The notes under the pieces: model-generated
What the model was told of the DNA's origin: nothing
What the model saw: the letters and a program-made list of their open reading frames with translations, nothing else
Database searches by the model: none
In this document: positions 7,642-14,673 of the stretch, one piece after another
Layout of the letters: every line of letters starts with the position of its first letter
How positions within the stretch are numbered: the stretch's first letter is position 1
NCBI GenBank assembly: GCA_045863235.1
Contig: BTUM01000117.1
Span: forward strand, 1 to 20,705
Reading direction: 5' to 3'
Source: Candidatus Xenobia bacterium
Lineage (GTDB): Bacteria; Vulcanimicrobiota; Xenobia; Xenobiales; QWHO01
DNA length: 20,705 nt
Translations under genes and position numbers: made by a program

Positions 7642-8552
7642 TGAGTGAACTGGCCCTCGAAGTGCGAGAACTTCGCAAGACCTACAAGACTGTGGGGGGA
7701 ACCCAGGAGGCTCTCAGGGGGCTCGACCTGTCCGTCCGGAAGGGCCAGGTGTATGGTTACGTCGGGCCCAACGGCGCCGGCAAGAGCACCAGCATCAAGA
7801 TCTTGCTGGGCCTGGTGCGGCCCGATTCGGGCACGGCCCTGGTGATGGGCCATCCGGCCGGCAGCGTGGAGGCGCGCCGACTGCTTGGATACCTGCCCGA
7901 GGTGGCCGTCTACCACGAATTCATGGGTGCCGAAGAGCTGTTGGTTTTGCACGCCGCCCTGGCCGGAGTGCCAGCCTCCGAGCGCCTCGCTCGATGCCGC
8001 ACGGCTCTGGAGATGGTGGGGCTGGGCTCTCGCATGAAAAGTCGCATCCGAGAGTTCTCCAAAGGCATGAAGCAGCGTTTTGGCATCGCCCAGGCTCTGG
8101 TGGCTGATCCCCCCCTGCTGGTCCTGGACGAGTTGACCTCAGGGCTCGACCCGATCGCCCAGCTCGAGCTCAAGGAGCTGATTATGAGCCTGAAGGAGCG
8201 GGGCATCACCATCTTTTTCAGCTCCCACATGATGAGCGAGGTGGAGACGGTCTGCGACAGTATCGGGATCATCCACCAGGGTAGGCTGCGTGCCGAGGGC
8301 ACCCTGCAAGATCTCCTGAGCATCGAGAACCAGGTGGCCATCCACTTTCGTGGGCCCACCGACGAGCTGGCCGAGCTCAAACCCCAGCCGGCCAAGGCGG
8401 GCGAGCAGGTCATCACAGTGGAGCAGGCAGGCAGCGACGCGGCCCTGGACCGGATCCGCCAAGCGGGCGGGTCCATTCTGACTGTGGCTCCGGCCAAACG
8501 CCATCTGGAAGACGTGCTGCACCAACTGGTGACTGCTGGAGAGACCGCATGA
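7638..8552 (+). CDS. ABC-2 type ATP-binding protein (PilH-like)
   Basis: GPNGAGKS, FSKGMKQR, LLVLDELTSGLD, SSH; ATGA overlap. Confidence 0.92.
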   Translation: MMSELALEVRELRKTYKTVGGTQEALRGLDLSVRKGQVYGYVGPNGAGKSTSIKILLGLVRPDSGTALVMGHPAGSVEARRLLGYLPEVAVYHEFMGAEELLVLHAALAGVPASERLARCRTALEMVGLGSRMKSRIREFSKGMKQRFGIAQALVADPPLLVLDELTSGLDPIAQLELKELIMSLKERGITIFFSSHMMSEVETVCDSIGIIHQGRLRAEGTLQDLLSIENQVAIHFRGPTDELAELKPQPAKAGEQVITVEQAGSDAALDRIRQAGGSILTVAPAKRHLEDVLHQLVTAGETA

Positions 8553-9328
8553 TCCTGAAGATTTACTACCTTTCCAAACTCTATCTGTTGGAGCAGATCC
8601 GCCGCCAGGTGCACCTGGTCACCCTGTTCCTGGCGGTCATCTTGCTGATGCTGCCGGCTTACATAAATTCATTCAGCCTGGGCCTGTCCGCCTTCGAGCG
8701 AGTGGCCAAGGATTTCGGGCTTACCCTGATCAGCTTCTATGCCGTGGCCATGGCCATCTTCCTCGGGGTCACCGCGGTTTCGTCCGACCTCGAGCGGCGC
8801 ACCCTCTATCCCTTGCTGGCCCGACCCATCCCGCGCTGGGCCTACCTCATGGGCAAGTTCGTGGGGGTGCTGGTGGTACTGGTGTCCTCGGTGCTGGTGC
8901 TCTCATTCTGCCTGATGCTCTCGGTCGCCGCCCTGGCCAAATTCGTTGACGGGCAGCTGATCGTGGTGGCGCTCTGCTATGCGCTGGAAGCCTCGGTCCT
9001 GGCGGCCGCCTGCATCTTCTTCAGCACCTTCTCCAGCCCGCCCCTGGCTGGCGTGCTGGGCGTGTTTCTGTACTTTGTAGGAGGGTTGAGCCAGAGTTTT
9101 ATCAGCTTCTTCCTGGTGGAGGATCGCGGCTCGCCGGCCGTGGCCATGCTGGCCCGCGGCCTCAAAATGGTCATGCCCCACTTCGACCTGTTTCGCGTCA
9201 AGAACGCGGTCGTGTACACCCTGCCCCTGGAGCCGGCCTACCTGCTCTCCATCACCGGCTATGCTCTGGCCTGGATGTTGCTCTTCGTACTCCTGGCCGA
9301 GCGCGTTTTTGCGAGGAAAGACCTGTGA
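8549..9328 (+). CDS. ABC-2 type permease (PilI/NosY-like)
   Basis: About six TM segments, DFGL, DLERRTLYPLLARPIPR...GKF, C-terminal FARKDL. Confidence 0.88.
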   Translation: MILKIYYLSKLYLLEQIRRQVHLVTLFLAVILLMLPAYINSFSLGLSAFERVAKDFGLTLISFYAVAMAIFLGVTAVSSDLERRTLYPLLARPIPRWAYLMGKFVGVLVVLVSSVLVLSFCLMLSVAALAKFVDGQLIVVALCYALEASVLAAACIFFSTFSSPPLAGVLGVFLYFVGGLSQSFISFFLVEDRGSPAVAMLARGLKMVMPHFDLFRVKNAVVYTLPLEPAYLLSITGYALAWMLLFVLLAERVFARKDL

Positions 9329-9714
9329 GACTGCTGGGACTGCTAGTGCTATCGCTCTTCTTGCTCGGGCCGGCCCGGGCTCAGCCCCCCACGGCCTCTC
9401 CCTCGCCCGCCCAGCACGTACATGATGAGCAATGTGAGCACGAGCATGAGAATGAGCTGACCGAGGAGGAGGTTCTCCATCGCCATCATCAACACGACGG
9501 CCAGGAAGAGGTCCAGGCGGGCACCGAGTACACCACGACCGGCCTGCACGCCCAGGTCGAGAACGCGCCCGCCATCTACAAGTTCATGATCCGTGAGACC
9601 AATTCCGAGCCTTTCCGGCTCAAGGGTCAGAGTCAGCTGGTGTGGCGCGACACGGCAATCGTGTGCGCCCTGAACCTTCTGATCATCTTCTGGTTCTATC
9701 GCCGGAGGCAGTGA
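9325..9714 (+). CDS. Secreted His/Glu-rich protein with C-terminal membrane anchor (129 aa)
   Basis: Signal peptide ending ARA, HVHDEQCEHEHE...HRHHQHD, C-terminal hydrophobic stretch followed by YRRRQ; GTGA overlap. Confidence 0.78.
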   Translation: MRLLGLLVLSLFLLGPARAQPPTASPSPAQHVHDEQCEHEHENELTEEEVLHRHHQHDGQEEVQAGTEYTTTGLHAQVENAPAIYKFMIRETNSEPFRLKGQSQLVWRDTAIVCALNLLIIFWFYRRRQ

Positions 9715-9716
9715 CG

Positions 9717-10397
9717 GTGCGTAAAGCCCTCTGGCTGCTGGCCATCCTGACCATCCTGGGCGGAAACCTGTTGTTGCCTCAGCAGCACGAGCGCCAGTTC
9801 GGGCTGCAGCAAAGCGTCCCGCGCAGCCGCGCCGACGTGCTGCTGGACGTGCTGGGTGAAGCGCGCACGGTGCTGGCCCGCATGCTCTGGTTCAAAATGG
9901 ACCTTCTCCACGAGCAACTCGACCGTCAGGGCATCCCTCATGAGAAACAATCCGAGCTGTTGCCGCTGTTAAGGATGATTACCCTGCTCGATCATCGCCT
10001 CGAGGACGCCTACGACATCATCGTAGCCGATCTGGTCCGGGGCCATGGGCGCCATCAAGAGGCCCGGGAGATCCTCGAGGAGGGGCTCCGCTACAACCCT
10101 CGTAGCGTCACGTTGCTGCAGAGGAAAGCGATGATGCTCTTCAAAGACGAGCATTACGAGGAGGTCATTCCTGTCGTGCAGGCCGGTCTGGCCGCTACGG
10201 TCGATCGGGTCGACATCCTGAACATGTGTCGACTGGGCTTTCGTTCCGAGCTGAAACTGGGCCATCCTGACCGGGCCGAATATTACCTGCGGCTGATGTT
10301 CTCGGTGATGCCGGGCGACCCGGCGGCGGCCAGTCTCTGGAAAGAGCTCCGGGGTGTGCCGCCTCCGCCGGATGTGCTTTATCCCGGGGTGCGCTGA
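9717..10397 (+). CDS. Membrane-anchored TPR protein (PilG/XapA-like)
   Basis: GGAGG 8 nt before GTG 9717 (alternative GTG 9711); N-terminal TM; LARMLWFK...LLPLLRMITLLD....AY and A..ILEEGLRYNP TPR-like motifs. Confidence 0.75.
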   Translation: MRKALWLLAILTILGGNLLLPQQHERQFGLQQSVPRSRADVLLDVLGEARTVLARMLWFKMDLLHEQLDRQGIPHEKQSELLPLLRMITLLDHRLEDAYDIIVADLVRGHGRHQEAREILEEGLRYNPRSVTLLQRKAMMLFKDEHYEEVIPVVQAGLAATVDRVDILNMCRLGFRSELKLGHPDRAEYYLRLMFSVMPGDPAAASLWKELRGVPPPPDVLYPGVR

Positions 10398-10436
10398 CCA
10401 GGAGACGAACCAGGCACGAGAGAATCCTTCAAGGTC

Positions 10437-10679
10437 ATGAGGTTGCTGGCTCTTTGTTTCGCGCTTCTCACAATGCTCTATGGCGGAGCTCAGGCCTGCA
10501 TCTCCTGTTATGGCGGAGATGAGCCACGCACTGGTGGACCGGACGTTTCCAAGCTGAAACGCATCTACTCGAAGCCTCTGCCCACCTCATCCCCCATGAA
10601 ACTCAGGCCTATCCGTCCGGACGCCCCACCGAGCCCCAGACCGGCTTCCTCGGCCACCCCCAGGAAAGACAAGCCTTAG
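10437..10679 (+). CDS. Small secreted CxxC peptide (80 aa)
   Basis: Signal peptide ending AQA, mature N-terminus CISCYG, Pro-rich basic tail; fills the gap and abuts the next gene. Confidence 0.65.
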   Translation: MRLLALCFALLTMLYGGAQACISCYGGDEPRTGGPDVSKLKRIYSKPLPTSSPMKLRPIRPDAPPSPRPASSATPRKDKP

Positions 10680-11084
10680 GTGCTCAAGATCGTGATCGTC
10701 ATGGCGGTGGCGGTGACCGCGGTCACCTTCGGCGACATTTTCATGACCCAGGGCATGCGCTCGGTCGGGCCTATCGGTCTGGCCAACGTCTCTTCTCCTG
10801 GGGCGCTCTGGGCCACCATCTGGCGCATCTTTGGCACCCCCAAGGTATGGATGGCCATCGTCTGCATGGCCACCTTCTTTTTCCTGTGGCAAGCGGTGCT
10901 GTCGTGGGGGGTGGACCTGTCGCTGGTGTTGCCCATGACCGCCCTGACCTATGTCATGAATGCCTTTCTGGCCGGTCCGCTCCTGCACGAGGAGGTCAGC
11001 TCCCAGCGCTGGGCCGGCACCATGCTGATCTTTCTGGGGGTCGTGCTGGTCACGCTGACCGGCAAGCCGGCCGCCACGCCCTGA
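10680..11084 (+). CDS. Small DMT/EamA superfamily transporter (about 4 TM)
   Basis: Four hydrophobic segments; DLSLVLPMTALTYV...LLHEEVS..RWAG..LI..GV motif. Confidence 0.85.
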   Translation: MLKIVIVMAVAVTAVTFGDIFMTQGMRSVGPIGLANVSSPGALWATIWRIFGTPKVWMAIVCMATFFFLWQAVLSWGVDLSLVLPMTALTYVMNAFLAGPLLHEEVSSQRWAGTMLIFLGVVLVTLTGKPAATP

Positions 11085-11127
11085 CTCGGCGAGGAATTCC
11101 GACCCCATCCAGGGAACAAGCGCGCTC

Positions 11128-11343
11128 ATGACCTCAGACCTCAGTTATGAGCAGGCTGTGGCCCGCTTGAAAGAGGTGGTCGAGAAGCTCGAGCAGGGCA
11201 GCCTCGACCTGGAAGAATCCCTGCGCCTGTTCGAAGAAGGGGTTTCCCTATCGCGCCTCTGTGACGAGAAGCTACGCGTGGTCGAGGCCCGGGTGCAGGT
11301 GCTGGTCGAGAAATCTGCTGGGGGGAAAGAGGACGCTTCGTGA
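11128..11343 (+). CDS. xseB: Exodeoxyribonuclease VII small subunit
   Basis: SYEQAVARLKEVVEKLE.G.L.LEESL.LFEEG..L...C...L...E..V; canonical position upstream of ispA. Confidence 0.95.
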   Translation: MTSDLSYEQAVARLKEVVEKLEQGSLDLEESLRLFEEGVSLSRLCDEKLRVVEARVQVLVEKSAGGKEDAS

Positions 11344-12200
11344 CAACATCAACCACCGGCTTTGATCTGATCGCCTATATGAAGGCCCGGGCTCAGGAGG
11401 TCGACCAGGCCCTGGACGAGTTCCTTCCCCAGCGCGGGCCCTACATGGGCAAGATCGGCGAGGCCATGCGCTACAGCCTCTTCCCGGGCGGCAAGCGTTT
11501 TCGCCCCGTGCTCTGCCTGGCCGCGGCCGAAGCTCTGGGGGCCGAGCGCAAGGTGGCCATGCCGGCCGCCTGTGCTTTCGAGATGATCCACTGCTTCTCG
11601 CTGGTGCACGACGATCTGCCCTGCATGGATGACGACGATGTACGTCGTGGCAAGCCCTCTTGCCACAAGGCCTACGGCGAGGCGATGGCGCTGTTGGCCG
11701 GCGATGGGCTGAACACCTGGGCCTTCCACGTGGCCAGTCAGTCGCCGGCGCCGGCAGAGGCCAGCTTGCGGGTGGTCCGCGAGCTGGCCGAGGCCACCGG
11801 GCATCCAGGCATGATCGGGGGCCAGGTGATTGACCTGGACGGCCAGCACGGGTCGGTGGACGGTCCCCAGCTTCTGGCCATCCACCGCGCCAAAACAGGG
11901 GCTCTGATCCGGGGCGCAGTTCGCTGCGGGGCGATCCTGGGCGGAGCCGACGAGGCCCGGCTCGAGGCCCTGACCGGCTACGGCGAGAGGGTGGGGCTGG
12001 TCTTCCAGATCACCGACGACATCCTGGACGCCGCCGATGATCCCGAGCCGGTCAGCTTTCCTGCCCTGTTCGGTCTGGATGAGTCCCACCGCATGGCCCG
12101 CGAGGCCACCATGGAGGCCGTGGCCCTGCTCGAACCGTTCGGTGCAAGAGCCGAGCCCCTGGCCAGCCTGGCCCTCTACCTGCTCGACCGCAAGACGTGA
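11340..12200 (+). CDS. ispA: Short-chain polyprenyl (farnesyl/geranylgeranyl) diphosphate synthase
   Basis: GGKRFRP, FARM HDDLPCMDDDDVRRG, GQ..D, KTG, SARM FQITDDILD. Confidence 0.9.
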   Translation: MTTSTTGFDLIAYMKARAQEVDQALDEFLPQRGPYMGKIGEAMRYSLFPGGKRFRPVLCLAAAEALGAERKVAMPAACAFEMIHCFSLVHDDLPCMDDDDVRRGKPSCHKAYGEAMALLAGDGLNTWAFHVASQSPAPAEASLRVVRELAEATGHPGMIGGQVIDLDGQHGSVDGPQLLAIHRAKTGALIRGAVRCGAILGGADEARLEALTGYGERVGLVFQITDDILDAADDPEPVSFPALFGLDESHRMAREATMEAVALLEPFGARAEPLASLALYLLDRKT

Positions 12201-13762
12201 CCGTCGCTCCCCTGGCCCGCACCCTGCACGACCTGGCCCGCACCCTGCACGCAGTGAGCGCCGGGCCGGTGGCCTGGGCCGGCCCGGGTGGGCAGGCCTA
12301 CTATCGCCTGACCGGCCACGCCTACCCCGAGTTAGAGGAGCTCTCCGATGGCTCGGGCAGCGACGCCGAGATGCTGGCCTCGGCTCTGGGCTGGGTTTAC
12401 GCCCGACGCATGGAAGGCCTGGAAGGCCCCCTGGTCGTGGTTGTGGAGGACGAGCTTGGCCCCGGTTTCGCCGAGGCCCTGGCGGCCGTCAGCGCGCGTC
12501 AGGAGTCGGTGTTGGTTGTGCTCGTTGACCTGGGCCGGCGCTATCTTTCGGCTGTGCGCACCGGATGGGGAATTCTCAGCCGCCAATCCAGCCAGGCCAG
12601 CCTGCAGGGCTTCCTGGAAAGCCTGGGCATCTGTTTCCTCGGAAGCCATGACGCCCGTAAGCCGGAGCGCTTCGAGGAGTTGTTGCAAGAGGCCATGAAC
12701 CAGGAAGGGGTCCGCTTGCTGCACCTTCTCGGCCAGCCCGCCGAGCTTTCGGTGGAGGAGGGGACGCGCTCGGATCAATACCACCTGTCTCGCCCACCCG
12801 ATCGCCCTGCCTGGACGACCCCGGTGCAGAACCGCCGGGCCCTGCCTCCCGATACCCTGGCTCAGGCGGTGCTGGCCCGGCTGGCCAGCGATCTCGAGCA
12901 GGAGCCTCAGGCGGTGGTCTACTGGACGGTGGCCGAGGCCCCCGGCCCCGTGGCCATGCTTGGCCAGCGCTGCCTGCGCCGTTCCCCGGGCGAGGTGTTG
13001 GCCGAAGCACGCGGCGCCGCCCGCGGAGGCCTGTCGCCCTACCTTGTGCTGTCGGCTCGACGTTTGCCCGAGATCTTCAGCCAGCTGCTGGAGGGAGTCG
13101 ACTTCCCTGCCACCTTGCTGGTGGTGGACGGCGGACTCCAGCCCATGGCTCCGGGATTGCCGCCTCACCCCGCTTCCCTGCGGGACCTGGCCATGCTGCG
13201 CATGATCCCCAACGTGGTTCTGGCGGCCCCGGCCGACGAGGAAGAGGCCCGCCGCATTCTGGCTGGCAGCCGCGACCACCCGGGACCGGTGGCCCTGCGC
13301 TTCACCGCCGCCCCGGCGGTGGGGTTGGGAGCTCCGGGGGCGGCCAGACCGGCCCCTCCGGGTCAGGGGCGCCAATTGCGCTCGGGGCCCTCGGTGGCCC
13401 TTTTGGGGGCGGGCAGCACCGTCTTCCCCTGTGTGCTGGCGGCCGAGACCCTGGCCGCCTGGGGAGTGCAGGCCTCAGTCTTCGATTTGCGCTGGCTCGA
13501 GCCGCTGGACACGGCCCTGCTGGAGAAGGCCCTGACCTGTCAAAAGCTGGTCACGGTGGAGGAGCATTTGAGCAAAGGGGGCGCCGGTACAGCCGTGCTC
13601 GAAGCCATGCAACGGCTGGCGCGCACCGTTCCCAGCCTGGCTCTGGCCCTGGCCGACGATGCCGCTGAGCTTCCCGCCTCCGGGCTCGAGTCAGGCGGAT
13701 TGTCAGCCGAAGGAATCGCAGTCGCGGTCAGGAAGTTCCTGGGAATGGGCGAGGGGATCTGA
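12197..13762 (+). CDS. Divergent DXS (1-deoxy-D-xylulose-5-phosphate synthase)-like protein with degenerate catalytic motifs
   Basis: Position after xseB-ispA; recognisable transketolase C-terminal motifs (IPNVVLAAPADEEE, GPVALRF, DLRWLEPLD, VTVEEH...GG.G.AV.E, GLSAEGI). ThDP-binding motifs are absent. Confidence 0.8.
   Translation: MTVAPLARTLHDLARTLHAVSAGPVAWAGPGGQAYYRLTGHAYPELEELSDGSGSDAEMLASALGWVYARRMEGLEGPLVVVVEDELGPGFAEALAAVSARQESVLVVLVDLGRRYLSAVRTGWGILSRQSSQASLQGFLESLGICFLGSHDARKPERFEELLQEAMNQEGVRLLHLLGQPAELSVEEGTRSDQYHLSRPPDRPAWTTPVQNRRALPPDTLAQAVLARLASDLEQEPQAVVYWTVAEAPGPVAMLGQRCLRRSPGEVLAEARGAARGGLSPYLVLSARRLPEIFSQLLEGVDFPATLLVVDGGLQPMAPGLPPHPASLRDLAMLRMIPNVVLAAPADEEEARRILAGSRDHPGPVALRFTAAPAVGLGAPGAARPAPPGQGRQLRSGPSVALLGAGSTVFPCVLAAETLAAWGVQASVFDLRWLEPLDTALLEKALTCQKLVTVEEHLSKGGAGTAVLEAMQRLARTVPSLALALADDAAELPASGLESGGLSAEGIAVAVRKFLGMGEGI
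12211..12251. repeat. 21-bp period tandem duplication at the 5' end of the dxs-like gene
   Basis: cctggcccgcaccctgcacg is identical at 12211-12230 and 12232-12251 (LARTLHD-LARTLHA). Confidence 0.9.
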
Positions 13763-13797
13763 GGAACGATCGGCTCCTTCCTCGCCGGTGAGGTGCC

Positions 13798-14673
13798 ATG
13801 AAAGTCCTGAATAGCTTTCTCTCTCGCGCCTCCAAGCCCGTGCTTTTGGCGCTGGGCTTAGCTCTGGTCTTGATGTTGGCCACGCTCGACTTTTACACCT
13901 CGCACGAGGTGGCGCTCTGGATCTTCTATCTCATTCCCGTGGCCACCGTGACCTGGTATGCCGACAAGGACTGCGGAGTCTTCATGGCTTTCGTGAGCTC
14001 GCTGGCTTGGTACTTTGCCGACGAGCTGGCTGGCCATCCCCTCAGCTCCATGATGATCCCGATGTGGAACGCTCTGGTGCAACTGGTGGGGTTCTGGCTC
14101 TTCGTGCGCGTGCTGGCCCGGCTCCACCAGCAGCTCGATGAAGCCAGGCGCCTGGCCCGCAGCGACCCTCTGACCGGGGCTCTGAGCGGGCGCGCCCTGC
14201 TTGATCTGGCCACTGTCGAGTTGGAGCGAGTCCGTCGCTACGGCCATCCCCTCACCCTGGTTTGTTTTGACCTGGACGACTTCAAGACGCTCAACGAGGA
14301 GCACGGGCACGAGGTGGGGGATCAGTTACTGCAGGGAGTGGTGCGCACTCTGCTTGGCAACCTGCGCACGATGGACGTGGTGGCTCGCTGGGGCGGGGAC
14401 GAGTTCATGCTGCTTTTGCCCGAGACCGGTCCCGAGCAGGCCCAGATGGTGGTGCCGCGCGTGCGCGAGAAGCTGCACGAGTTGATGCGGCGCAACTCCT
14501 GGCCGGTGACCATCAGCACTGGCGTGGTGACCTTCTTCTCCTGTCCTCCCCCGGATGCCGCCCCTGTGGACGAAGCCCTTCGGCACGCCCTCGAGCTGTC
14601 AAGCACCGCCAAGGCCCAGGCTAAAGGGTCGATTCGTTACGACGTACAGGGCGAGACGGTCACGGTGCGTTGA
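13798..14673 (+). CDS. Membrane-bound GGDEF diguanylate cyclase
   Basis: GAGGTG RBS; about 4 N-terminal TMs; DPLTG, DLDDFK.LN...GH..GD, I-site RTMD, RWGGDEF. Confidence 0.9.
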   Translation: MKVLNSFLSRASKPVLLALGLALVLMLATLDFYTSHEVALWIFYLIPVATVTWYADKDCGVFMAFVSSLAWYFADELAGHPLSSMMIPMWNALVQLVGFWLFVRVLARLHQQLDEARRLARSDPLTGALSGRALLDLATVELERVRRYGHPLTLVCFDLDDFKTLNEEHGHEVGDQLLQGVVRTLLGNLRTMDVVARWGGDEFMLLLPETGPEQAQMVVPRVREKLHELMRRNSWPVTISTGVVTFFSCPPPDAAPVDEALRHALELSSTAKAQAKGSIRYDVQGETVTVR

